Source: Candidatus Sericytochromatia bacterium (GTDB taxonomy: Bacteria; Cyanobacteriota; Sericytochromatia; S15B-MN24; JAQBPE01). From it: a stretch of DNA of 64,000 bases. Positions 26,957 through 35,896 of the stretch are shown one piece after another (position 1 is the stretch's first letter; each line of letters begins with the position of its first letter). Under the pieces are notes generated by a model that ran no database searches, was not told the origin of the DNA, and worked only from the letters and a program-made list of their open reading frames with translations. Location: the NCBI GenBank assembly GCA_035285125.1, contig JAYKHR010000066.1, positions 128,001 to 192,000 on the forward strand. The letters are read 5' to 3'. The position numbers were made by a program, and so were the translations under genes.

Positions 26957-27822
26957 TTGCACGACGCTGGTTCGCCGCCTCGGCCGCCTACCTCGGCATG
27001 CTTGCCGTGGCGGCGCTCACGGTCGGACCGTTCCTGTGGCTCCTTGTGACAGCGCTGCGGGGAGACGGTGAGAACATCTTCCGATATCCTCCCACGTTGC
27101 TTCCCGAGCAGCCGACGCTCGCGAACTTCTCTGCCGTTTGGGTCGCCGTGCCCTTTGGCCGCTACGTACTGAACAGCGCCCTCGTGGCGGTGGCGGCCGT
27201 CGTGCTCAACCTCGTGCTGGCCAGCCTGGCAGCCTACCCCCTGGCACGGATGGACTTCAGGGGACGCCAGCCCATCTTCTACGCCATCCTGGCCACGATG
27301 ATGGTTCCTTTCCCCGTCATCTTGATCCCGCTCTTCACCATCGTGATGAAGCTGCACGGCGGGGTGATGGCCGTCGTGCCCGAGGCGCTTGACTCGGGTT
27401 ACTGGCGCTACGCTTGGCTGGTTCTGCCGACTGGGGTCTCGGCCTTTGGCATCTTCCTGATGCGTCAGGCGTTCCTGGCCATCCCAAGGGAGCTCGAAGA
27501 GGCCGTGCGCATGGACGGGGGAACGTCCTGGGACATCTGGCGCCGCGTTATGCTGCCGCTTTCACGGCCCGCACTCGCCACCTTGGCAATCTTCACCTTC
27601 GTTGGCTCGTGGGGAGATTTCCTCTGGCCGCTCGTGGTGCTTGATGACCCGCAGTACTACACCTTGCCCGTGGGGGTCTCCTACCTGGCGGGCACGTTCA
27701 GCGCCAACTGGCGACTCATTGCGGCCGGCAGCGTGATCGCGGTGGTGCCGATCGTGGCGTTCTTCCTGGTGATGCAGCGTCACTTCGTCGGTGGCTCCAC
27801 GGCCGGCGCGGTCAAGGGCTAG
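26953..27822 (+). CDS. Carbohydrate ABC transporter permease (MalG/UgpE-like)
   Basis: LNS...AAYPLARMDFRGR, IFLMRQAFLAIPRELEEAVRMDG (EAA motif), WGDFLWPL, GAVKG end. Confidence 0.92.
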   Translation: MIARRWFAASAAYLGMLAVAALTVGPFLWLLVTALRGDGENIFRYPPTLLPEQPTLANFSAVWVAVPFGRYVLNSALVAVAAVVLNLVLASLAAYPLARMDFRGRQPIFYAILATMMVPFPVILIPLFTIVMKLHGGVMAVVPEALDSGYWRYAWLVLPTGVSAFGIFLMRQAFLAIPRELEEAVRMDGGTSWDIWRRVMLPLSRPALATLAIFTFVGSWGDFLWPLVVLDDPQYYTLPVGVSYLAGTFSANWRLIAAGSVIAVVPIVAFFLVMQRHFVGGSTAGAVKG

Positions 27823-27961
27823 GCTCCGGCTGTCAACCGCGCCAGCGGACCAGGCGCGCTGTCGCACAGGGGCCTGGCCAGCGGTGCGCCTCTCGCGGCA
27901 TGCTCTCCGGGCACAACCCGCGCGGGGGATCGCCCCGGCGCCAGCAAGCATGGAGGTCATG

Positions 27962-28486
27962 ATGGGCCACCGCCAGCCCGGGGCCGTCAGCGCCCTGAGC
28001 CTCAGCTACCTCGACTGGCCGCGCCTGCTCGACCACGTCAGGGAGAGGCTCCGCACCCTCGAGGCGGCTCGCTGGGCGATGGGGGACACGCTGGTGGAGG
28101 TCCAGCTCGCCATGGGGGCCAGCCCTGAGATTGAGGCAGCCTTTGCGCGGGAGGGTTGCTCCTGGCCGGCCCTGGCAGCCTCCCTGGGGGTTCGGACGAC
28201 CGAGCTCGCCACGCTGAGGGAGGTCGCCCGTAGCTTTCCACCGCGCAAGCGCGTATCCGGCGTCGGTTGGGAGCACCACCGCCGCGTGCTGTTGACCCTC
28301 CCGACCGCCACCCTCTCGCTGAGGCAACGGTGGCTGAGGGAGGCGGCCCGTCGAGATTGGTCAGCGGCCACGCTGGCGCGTCGAATTCGCGCGGAGGCCT
28401 GCGCCCAGGGGGCCGAGCCCAGGCCCCGGAAGCGCAGACTCCCGGGCGCAGCGGCCACGCCGTCCGAAGGCCAGCCCCGCCCGTGA
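27962..28486 (+). CDS. Hypothetical protein, LmbU-like/DUF1016-N-like DNA-binding fold
   Basis: GGAGGT RBS; W..GD...L...R.VA..FP...R...VGWEHH...WL..A....WS...L pattern. Confidence 0.55.
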   Translation: MGHRQPGAVSALSLSYLDWPRLLDHVRERLRTLEAARWAMGDTLVEVQLAMGASPEIEAAFAREGCSWPALAASLGVRTTELATLREVARSFPPRKRVSGVGWEHHRRVLLTLPTATLSLRQRWLREAARRDWSAATLARRIRAEACAQGAEPRPRKRRLPGAAATPSEGQPRP

Positions 28487-28626
28487 CGTCTGGGGCGTCG
28501 GCCCCTGGCCCCCGCGGCTCGGCCAACCCGGATGCCCCCGATCCGGCGCCGCGGGCGCGAGCCGGGAGGGGCTCCGGCGCTGGGGACGTGCGCCTCGCAT
28601 CCGGGTATAACTGAGATGGCGCCAGG

Positions 28627-29772
28627 TTGCCTGGGCGCAATGGCCCTGTCCCCCTGGAGCCCGGTGGCTTGGCACCCTTCCACACTCTCCCTTCCATCAC
28701 CCTGTGCCTCACCGCGGGCGCCCTCTTGGCGCTGGCGGCGCCATCCCTGGCAAGCCCGCACACTGCCAGCGCCGTCCAGGCGGCAGCCGACGCGGAAAGC
28801 CTCCTTCGGCTGGGTAGGCAGGAGGCGAGCCGTGGTGCGCGGGACCGTGCCTTGTCCCTGCTTCAGCGGTCCCTGGCGGTGGCGCCGGAACAGCTCGGGC
28901 CTCTTGTCGATCTGGGTATTGCCCTGGCGGATCTCGGGGCCTACGATGCGGCCAAGGCCGCCTTCGAACGGGCGCTTCAGGTTGGGCCGGACGACGCCGC
29001 CGCCCTGAACGGCCTTGGCTATGTCCTGTACCGGATGGAACACCACCGAGCGGCGATCGTGCACTACAGGCGAGCGCTCGACCGCAAGGACGAACCGCAG
29101 TACCACCTGAACTTGGGGCTGGCTTACCTCGCGCAGCGCCGTTGGGGGCAGGCTGAGGACGAGTTCAGGCGCGCGGCGCGGGGAGCCGGGGCCGGCTACT
29201 GGGCTTGCAACAACCTCGGCTACGCGCTGCAGCGGCAGGGGCGCCTCGAGGAGGCCAAGCAGGCCTATCACGCGGCCTTGCCCGTTGCCGAGCGGGACCT
29301 GACGGCCCACGTGAACCTCGGGTCGCTGCTGCTCGCCGAAGAGAAGTGGGGCGAGGCCGCCTGGGTCTACCAGGATGCCCTCAAGCGCGATGACAGCGCC
29401 CCGGATGCCCACCTCGGCCTCGCCAACGCGCTGACCCAACTGGGCCGGCTGGACGAGGCGATCTTGGAGCTGCGCGTCGCTTTGGCGTTGCGGGCCGCCA
29501 CGCCGGCCACCCACCACCTGATGGGGCAGCTCTACCTGCACCGGGGAGAACCTGACGCCGCCCGCTCGGAAACCCTCGAGGCCATTGCGGGGGCGCCGCG
29601 TGAGGCTTCCTACCACCTCACGCTGGCGCGGGCGCTCATAGCCTTGGGGCGTCCTGACGAGGCGGCCCGTACATTCCGGGTGTTTCTCTCCCTCAGGCCA
29701 GACGCCGAAGAGGCGCCTCGCGTGAGGCAGTGGTTGGACCAGCGTCGGACGGCCAGGCTCAGGGATCGCTGA
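28627..29772 (+). CDS. Secreted tetratricopeptide repeat protein
   Basis: Signal-like segment then about 8 TPRs (ALNGLGYVLY, NNLGYALQRQGRLEEA, AHVNLGSLL); start uncertain. Confidence 0.82.
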   Translation: MPGRNGPVPLEPGGLAPFHTLPSITLCLTAGALLALAAPSLASPHTASAVQAAADAESLLRLGRQEASRGARDRALSLLQRSLAVAPEQLGPLVDLGIALADLGAYDAAKAAFERALQVGPDDAAALNGLGYVLYRMEHHRAAIVHYRRALDRKDEPQYHLNLGLAYLAQRRWGQAEDEFRRAARGAGAGYWACNNLGYALQRQGRLEEAKQAYHAALPVAERDLTAHVNLGSLLLAEEKWGEAAWVYQDALKRDDSAPDAHLGLANALTQLGRLDEAILELRVALALRAATPATHHLMGQLYLHRGEPDAARSETLEAIAGAPREASYHLTLARALIALGRPDEAARTFRVFLSLRPDAEEAPRVRQWLDQRRTARLRDR

Positions 29773-29774
29773 CG

Positions 29775-29783
29775 TGGTACCAT
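29775..29783 (+). promoter_or_regulatory. Extended -10 promoter of rnpB
   Basis: TGgTACCAT ending 5 nt before the RNA 5' end. Confidence 0.6.
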
Positions 29784-29788
29784 GGCGT

Positions 29789-30132
29789 GGAAGTTTGCCG
29801 GGTCATCGCGGCGCTGCAAGGCGTCGAGGAAAGTCCGAGCTCCGCAGGGCATGACGCTGGGTAACGCCCAGTGGGGGTGACCCCGAGGACAGTGCCACAG
29901 AAACAAACCGCCGGGCCTCGGCCCGGTAAGGGTGCAAAGGTGGGGTAAGAGCCCACCAGCGGCGGGGTGACCCGCCGGCTAGGTAAACCCCGTCAGGAGC
30001 AAGACCAAGCAGGGGAGACGAGGCTGCCCGCCGATCCCCGGGTCAGGTCGCTCGAGGCCAGCGGCGACGCTGGTCCCAGATAGATGATGGCCCCCCGTAA
30101 GGGGACAGAACTCGGCTTACAGGCAGACTTCC
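29789..30132 (+). ncRNA. rnpB: RNase P RNA, bacterial type A
   Basis: GAGGAAAGTCCG (P4), AGTGCCACAGAAA, GGTAAACCCC, ACAGAACTCGGCTTA; P1 ends GGAAGTTTGCC/GGCAGACTTCC pair. Confidence 0.97.
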
Positions 30133-30157
30133 AGGGGGCCCTCGCGGCCCCCTTTCT
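30133..30157 (+). terminator. Intrinsic terminator after rnpB
   Basis: AGGGGGCC-N5-GGCCCCCT followed by TTCT. Confidence 0.7.
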
Positions 30158-30204
30158 GCGGCTTCCCGGGCAGCCGGGGCGTCCATTATGTTAAACTGAC
30201 CCGC

Positions 30205-31197
30205 GTGAGCCCACTCACCGTCCCCGGTCGCCACCTCAGGCCACAATCGAGCGTGAGCAACGTCTTCTCCCACCAACCCGTGCTGCTCGACCCCGTGCTC
30301 CACTGGCTCGCCCCCTCCCCAGGCGACGTGGTGCTCGACGGCACCGTGGGCGGCGCCGGGCACGCCTGCGCCCTTTGGAGGCACATTGCGCCGACCGGGC
30401 TGGTCGTGGGGCTCGACCGCGACCCGGCGGCCCTGGCGGCGGCGGGGGACCGGCTGGCGGAAGAGGGCGCGCGTCACCAGCTACACCGAACCACCTTCGA
30501 CCGCCTCGCCGAGTTGGGGCTTCCGCCGCTCGACGTGGTGCTGCTCGATATTGGCGTTTCGTCGCCGCAGCTCGATCGCGCGGAGCGTGGCTTCAGCTTC
30601 AGGCAGGCTGGCCCCCTCGATATGCGCATGGACCCGGATGCCCCTATGACCGCTGCCGACATGCTACGGGAGGCCTCCGAGGCCGAGTTGGCGCGGGTGT
30701 TCTTCGAGCTTGGCGAGGAGCGTCAGGGCAGGCGCGTCGCGCGGGCCCTCGTGGCCCACAGGGAGGCGGGGGGCTGGTGGGACAACACGGCCACCCTCGC
30801 CGACTTCATCGCGCGAATCGTCGGTCGCGGCAGTGGTCAGATCCACCCGGCCACTCGGGTTTTCCAGGCACTGAGGATCGCCGTCAACGATGAACTGGGA
30901 ATGCTCCGGAGGGCCTTGCCCGCTGCCGTGGCGGCGCTGAAACCCGGGGGACGGCTGGGCGTCATCACCTTCCATTCCCTGGAGGACCGCATCGTGAAGC
31001 AGTTCTTCCAGGGCGAGGCGCGCGGCTGCATCTGCCCGCCCCGCCAGCCGGTCTGCACGTGCAGCCACCGGCCCAGCCTTGAAGTTGTCACTCGCAAGCC
31101 CGTGGTCGCCTCCGACGAGGAGGCCCGTGGCAATCCCCGCGCCCGCAGCGCCAAGCTGAGGGTCGCGCGGCGCCTCACTGTCCCGGCCCGAGCCTGA
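30205..31197 (+). CDS. rsmH: 16S rRNA m4C1402 methyltransferase
   Basis: HQPVLL, DGTVGGAGH, DIGVSSPQLD..ERGFSF, HPATRVFQALRIAVNDEL, FHSLEDRIVK, NPRARSAKLR; start may be GTG 30253. Confidence 0.96.
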   Translation: MSPLTVPGRHLRPQSSVSNVFSHQPVLLDPVLHWLAPSPGDVVLDGTVGGAGHACALWRHIAPTGLVVGLDRDPAALAAAGDRLAEEGARHQLHRTTFDRLAELGLPPLDVVLLDIGVSSPQLDRAERGFSFRQAGPLDMRMDPDAPMTAADMLREASEAELARVFFELGEERQGRRVARALVAHREAGGWWDNTATLADFIARIVGRGSGQIHPATRVFQALRIAVNDELGMLRRALPAAVAALKPGGRLGVITFHSLEDRIVKQFFQGEARGCICPPRQPVCTCSHRPSLEVVTRKPVVASDEEARGNPRARSAKLRVARRLTVPARA

Positions 31198-31209
31198 GGA
31201 GATCTCCAC

Positions 31210-31608
31210 GTGGCCCCTGCGCCCAATGAAGCCGTCGCCGCCGCTGCCCTCCCGGAGCCCTGGCCCTCACCCGCCCGTCGGGTGGGGCGGCGGGTGTTCC
31301 CGCGGGCCTGGACCCTGACGCTGTCCGCGCTGGGCATCCTGTTGCTGACGCTCTACATCCACACCGTGTTGCAGGAGCACCACCTCAATGCCCTCAAGAA
31401 GGAGATCGACAACCTCCGAGAGCAGACGGTGCGCGACCGGATGCAACTCGAAGCTGTGCGTAACCCTCAGGTCATCGATCGCAAGGCCGTGAGCCTCGGG
31501 ATGAAGCAGCCAGCGGAGGTCGTGTACGTCAACAAGCCGTTGACCGGGGCGCGCCGCGTCGTGAACACCATCCCGCTCCGGCAGACGGCCACGCACGAGG
31601 GTTTTTGA
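31210..31608 (+). CDS. ftsL: FtsL-like cell division protein
   Basis: Position between rsmH and PBP; one TM followed by a coiled coil and A..LGM..P. Confidence 0.7.
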   Translation: MAPAPNEAVAAAALPEPWPSPARRVGRRVFPRAWTLTLSALGILLLTLYIHTVLQEHHLNALKKEIDNLREQTVRDRMQLEAVRNPQVIDRKAVSLGMKQPAEVVYVNKPLTGARRVVNTIPLRQTATHEGF

Positions 31609-31610
31609 CC

Positions 31611-33362
31611 ATGTCATCAGCCCCCCTGGTGGTCCGTCAGCGCGCCTCTTGGGTGCTGATGGGGCTCGCGGCCGTCGCAGCCGCGCTGACAGCCAGGCTC
31701 GTCTACCTGCAGGTTCTCACGGGGCCATCGCTGTCTGCCATGGCCGTGGCCCAGCGCACCAAGACCGTCGACCTGTTCTCCGTTCGAGGGGAGATCGTCG
31801 ACCGAAACGGCAAGGCCCTCGCAGCCTCGGTGGAGGCCTACTCGGTGTACGCCAGCCCGAGGGACGCACGGAAATTCGACCGCCAGGCGACGGCGTCGCG
31901 CCTCGCGCCGGTCCTGGGGATGAAGCCCGCGGCCTTGCTGCAGCGCCTGCAGGGGAACCACTTCCGCTGGCTCCACAGGCTGGCTGACGACCGGGTTTAC
32001 AAGAAGGTCCGGGCCCTCAAGCTGCCAGGGATCGGCATCGTCACCGAGAGCCGGCGCGTGTACCCCAAGGGCCGTCTGGCGGCGACGCTGATCGGCTTTG
32101 TCGGTGTTGACAACCAGGGCCTCGCTGGCATCGAGCACGCCTTCGACCAGGTGCTGCGCGGGCCGCAACAGAAGGTCAGGGTGGAGGTGGACGGCTATGG
32201 TCGGGAAATCATGCGGGAGGGCTCGCACAAGCTGCTGGATGCCTACCTGTCGGGCGGCAGCCAGGTCGTACTCACGATCGACGAGAACCTTCAACACGTG
32301 GCCGAGCGAGAGCTCGGGGCCGCCATCTCGGGCTCTGGAGCCATGCGCGGGGCCATTATCATCATGGACCCCCGCTCGGGTGACCTGCTGGCTTTCGCCA
32401 CGCTGCCCACCTACGACCCGAACCACTTCGGTAAGTACGACTGGCAGGACATCAAGAACTGGGCCGTGACTGACGTCTACGAGCCCGGGTCCACCATGAA
32501 GTGTTTCTCAGTTGCTGCAGCCTTGGAGCACAAGCGCGTCTCGCTGGGTACCACCTTCAGCTGCCCCGAGCGCATCCTCGTGGATGGTCGCGTCGTCTCT
32601 GACCACGAAAGCGGTCTCGGCACGCGCCAGCTCACGCCTTCGGGGATCATCGAGGTCAGCTCCAACGTGGGCACCACCCAGATTGCGTTTCATCTTTCCA
32701 CCTCCCAGCACCGGCGGTTCCTCCAGCGTCTCGGCTTCGGAGCCGTCACCGGTAGCGGCATCACTGGAGAGTCCGCGGGGGTGCTTCCCGGCCTCCCGTG
32801 GCGTCGCCTCACCCAGGCGACGATCTCCTACGGCCAGGGCATCTCAGCCACGCCCCTGCAGGTGCTGACGGCGGCAGCGGCCATCGGCAATGGAGGGGTT
32901 CGGCTGGTGCCGCGCCTTATCGACCGGGTCGTCTCGAACAAGGGCGAGGTGCTTCAGACCTTTCCCGTGAAGACCGCTGCGACGTGTATGGCACCAGAGA
33001 CCGCGCAGGCCGTGATGGGCATGCTGGAGCAGGTTGTGGAGCGTGGCACCGGACTCGAGGCTCGCGTGCCCGGCTTCTGGGTGGGGGGCAAAACCGGGAC
33101 GGCCCAGCGCGTGCGCGACGACGGTCTCGGCTACTCGGACGACGTGGTGGCCTCGTTCGTCGGCTTCGCCCCGAGCAAATCACCCCGCTTTGCCATCTTG
33201 ACCCTGCTCGACTCCCCTCGCAAGGTACACTGGGCAAGCATGACGGCCGCCCCGCTGTTCGCCAGGGTTGCCGAAGCAGCGCTTCGCCAGGCCGGGGTGC
33301 AGCCCACCCGCCCCGTGACACAGACGGGCGCGCCACCCAAGGCCGTTCCGCGCGGCGAATGA
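31611..33362 (+). CDS. ftsI: Class B penicillin-binding protein (FtsI/SpoVD-like)
   Basis: RGEIVDRNG, RVYPKG, YEPGSTMK (SxxK), SSNVG (SxN), GKTGTAQ. Confidence 0.92.
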   Translation: MSSAPLVVRQRASWVLMGLAAVAAALTARLVYLQVLTGPSLSAMAVAQRTKTVDLFSVRGEIVDRNGKALAASVEAYSVYASPRDARKFDRQATASRLAPVLGMKPAALLQRLQGNHFRWLHRLADDRVYKKVRALKLPGIGIVTESRRVYPKGRLAATLIGFVGVDNQGLAGIEHAFDQVLRGPQQKVRVEVDGYGREIMREGSHKLLDAYLSGGSQVVLTIDENLQHVAERELGAAISGSGAMRGAIIIMDPRSGDLLAFATLPTYDPNHFGKYDWQDIKNWAVTDVYEPGSTMKCFSVAAALEHKRVSLGTTFSCPERILVDGRVVSDHESGLGTRQLTPSGIIEVSSNVGTTQIAFHLSTSQHRRFLQRLGFGAVTGSGITGESAGVLPGLPWRRLTQATISYGQGISATPLQVLTAAAAIGNGGVRLVPRLIDRVVSNKGEVLQTFPVKTAATCMAPETAQAVMGMLEQVVERGTGLEARVPGFWVGGKTGTAQRVRDDGLGYSDDVVASFVGFAPSKSPRFAILTLLDSPRKVHWASMTAAPLFARVAEAALRQAGVQPTRPVTQTGAPPKAVPRGE

Positions 33363-33418
33363 TCGGGCTCACGGCCCCGGCCGGAGCCGGCGGTTACACT
33401 CTGGGCGGAGGCACTGAC

Positions 33419-34813
33419 ATGTTGAGCTTCGATGAGGTGGCTGCAGCCACCGGGGCCAGGATCAGCGGGCATGTTCCCGATGTCGAGTTGCGATCGGTGG
33501 TGATCGACAGCCGCCTGGTCGAGCCAGGCAGCCTGTTCGTGTGTCTGCGTGGGGCGCGCCATGACGGCCACGCCTTTGCCCGGGCTGCGCTCTCAGATGG
33601 CGCCGTCGCCATCCTGGCTCAGGAGGGTGTGGACCTGAACGTGCCGCCGGACACCCCGGTGCTCAGCGTGCTTGACCCCCTTGCCTCGCTGGGGCAGGTG
33701 GCCGCTGCCTGGCGCGCGAAGCTCCCAACAACGCTGATCGGCGTGACCGGCTCTTCGGGCAAGACCTCCACCAAGGAGATGCTGGCCGCTTACCTGTCCC
33801 GGTTCGGTTCGGTGGGTAAGACGGAAGCCAACCACAACAACGAGTTGGGCGTGCCGCTGACCCTGCTTTCCTTCCAGCCCGACATGCGCTTCGGCATCGT
33901 GGAGATGGGGATGCGGGCAGAGGGCGAGATCGCAGTGCTCGCTCGGATGGCCGGTCCCGCTGTCGGTGTGGTTACCAACGTCGGGACGGCCCACATCGGA
34001 CGCCTCGGGAGCAGGGAGGCGATTGCACGGGCCAAGGCGGAGCTGTGGCAACACCTGGCTCCAGGTGGGGTGGCCATCGCTCCCTGGGATGACGCGCTGG
34101 CCTCGCTGGAGGCCGCGCGCTGGGGCGGGCGCATCGTCACATGGAGCCTGACGGACCCTGGGGCGACGGTGTGGTCCCACGACGTTCAGGCGTTCGGTGA
34201 AGGCCAGGTCTTCACGGCCTACTGGAAGGCTGGCCCTGGGCTTCGCCACGGCCGCGCCGAGGTCAGGCTGCCGCTCTGGGGTGACCACCACCGCGCCAAC
34301 GCCCTGGCCGCGTTGGCCGTTGGCTGGGCCCTCGGTCTCGTGCCCGAGGCCCGCCTGGAGATCCGGCCGGACACCCTGCCCGGACGCGCCCGCAACCTGG
34401 AGCTTGGGGGGGTGGGCATCACCGACGACGCCTACAACGCCAACCCGGAAAGCGTGCGAGCTGCCCTCAAGGCGTTTTCTGAGAGGCCGTCGCAGGGTCG
34501 ACGTATCGCCGTGCTGGGCGATATGGCCGAGCTAGGGGACCATACGGCCGAGGCGCACCGGGGAATCGGAGCCTACGCCGCCACGCTCGCACTGGATGAG
34601 CTGGTTGCGATTGGCGTCGAGGCGCCCAGGTACGCCGAGGGCTGTGGCGACGGGCTGCCCTGTCGCGTGCTGGGCACCCCGGACGAGGCCGTGGCCTACC
34701 TGCTCGGGCAACTGGCGCCGGGCGACAGGTTGCTGCTGAAGGCCTCCCGCTCGGCTCGGCTCGAGAGGGTGCTGGAGGGCCTCGCTGCAGCGTGGGGAGG
34801 TGCACGGTCGTGA
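33419..34813 (+). CDS. murF: UDP-MurNAc-tripeptide:D-Ala-D-Ala ligase
   Basis: IDSR, GVTGSSGKTSTKE, NNELGVPLT, EMGM, DDAYNANPES, LGDMAELG, KASR; GGAGG RBS and TACACT box upstream. Confidence 0.95.
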   Translation: MLSFDEVAAATGARISGHVPDVELRSVVIDSRLVEPGSLFVCLRGARHDGHAFARAALSDGAVAILAQEGVDLNVPPDTPVLSVLDPLASLGQVAAAWRAKLPTTLIGVTGSSGKTSTKEMLAAYLSRFGSVGKTEANHNNELGVPLTLLSFQPDMRFGIVEMGMRAEGEIAVLARMAGPAVGVVTNVGTAHIGRLGSREAIARAKAELWQHLAPGGVAIAPWDDALASLEAARWGGRIVTWSLTDPGATVWSHDVQAFGEGQVFTAYWKAGPGLRHGRAEVRLPLWGDHHRANALAALAVGWALGLVPEARLEIRPDTLPGRARNLELGGVGITDDAYNANPESVRAALKAFSERPSQGRRIAVLGDMAELGDHTAEAHRGIGAYAATLALDELVAIGVEAPRYAEGCGDGLPCRVLGTPDEAVAYLLGQLAPGDRLLLKASRSARLERVLEGLAAAWGGARS

Positions 34814-35796
34814 TGGCGTTGTGGCAGCAGGCCAGCCTGGTGGGGCTGCTGGTGGTGGGGATCGCGCTGGCCGTCGGGCGGCCCATGATTGGCTGGTTGC
34901 ACCGGGTGAAGTTCGGGCAGATCATCCGGGAGGAGGGCCCTGCCTCACACCAGGCCAAGGCAGGCACGCCCAGCATGGGCGGCTGGATCATTTTGCTGCC
35001 AGCCGCTCTCGGCCTGGTGGCCCTGCAGCGCTTGCCGGCCGAGGGCTGGCTGCTCCTGGCCGTGACGCTCGGCTTCGCCGGCCTGGGCTTCCTCGATGAC
35101 TGGCTCATCATCAAGAAGCGCAGCAACAAAGGGCTGTCGCCGCGGCAAAAGTTGCTGGGGCAGGTCTTGCTGGGGTGCGGCTTTGCCGGGGGGCTCGCCT
35201 GGCTGGGGCACTCCCCCGTCCTCCAGGTGCCGCTCGGAGCGGAGGCGGCCTCCCTTTCCCTCGGGCTGGCCTACTGGGCTCTCGTCGCCTTCATGCTCGT
35301 CGCCACCTCCAACGCCGTCAACCTGACAGATGGGCTGGACGGCCTGGCCGCAAGCACCGTGGCCATCGCGGCGGCGGGGCTCGCCGCCGTCGTGGCCTTG
35401 CGCCTGGCTGCGGGGGACCCCGTTGGCGGCGCGGTGGTGGTCTTTCTGGTGGCCGTCGCGGCCGGGTGCTTGGGGTTTCTCTGGTTCAACGCCCATCCCG
35501 CTCAGGTCTTCATGGGCGACACCGGGTCGCTAGGGCTTGGCGCCGCCTTGGCTGGTGCAGCCGTGATCGGGCACGTCGAGCTCTGGCTGGTGCCGATCGG
35601 GGCCGTGTTCATTGTCGAGACCTTGTCGGTGATGGCCCAGGTCGCGTACTTCCGTCGGACCGGCGGCAAGCGCCTGTTTAAAATGAGCCCCCTTCACCAC
35701 CACTTCGAGCTTTCGGGGTGGAAAGAGACCCAGGTCGTGGCCAGGTTCTCGCTCGTCGCACTTCTGTGCGCCGCGCTTGCTGTCGCAATGGCCTGA
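34813..35796 (+). CDS. mraY: Phospho-MurNAc-pentapeptide transferase
   Basis: KAGTPSMGG, GFLDD, SNAVNLTDGLDGLA, FMGDTGS, MSPLHHHFEL. Confidence 0.96.
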   Translation: MALWQQASLVGLLVVGIALAVGRPMIGWLHRVKFGQIIREEGPASHQAKAGTPSMGGWIILLPAALGLVALQRLPAEGWLLLAVTLGFAGLGFLDDWLIIKKRSNKGLSPRQKLLGQVLLGCGFAGGLAWLGHSPVLQVPLGAEAASLSLGLAYWALVAFMLVATSNAVNLTDGLDGLAASTVAIAAAGLAAVVALRLAAGDPVGGAVVVFLVAVAAGCLGFLWFNAHPAQVFMGDTGSLGLGAALAGAAVIGHVELWLVPIGAVFIVETLSVMAQVAYFRRTGGKRLFKMSPLHHHFELSGWKETQVVARFSLVALLCAALAVAMA

Positions 35797-35896
35797 GGCC
35801 AGCAGCAGTCGGGCAGCCTCACGTCACAGCCCGAGAGCAGCCCCTGCGGTATGATGAGCGCCGCGGCCAGCGCCGCGCCAAGCTGGAGCTTCCACC

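Noticed and set aside
32798..33418. 207-aa N-terminal extension of MurF in the ORF track, possibly a MurE remnant or fusion
   Set aside because: It overlaps ftsI in another frame and has no Mur ligase motifs; MurF has its own RBS and ATG at 33419.
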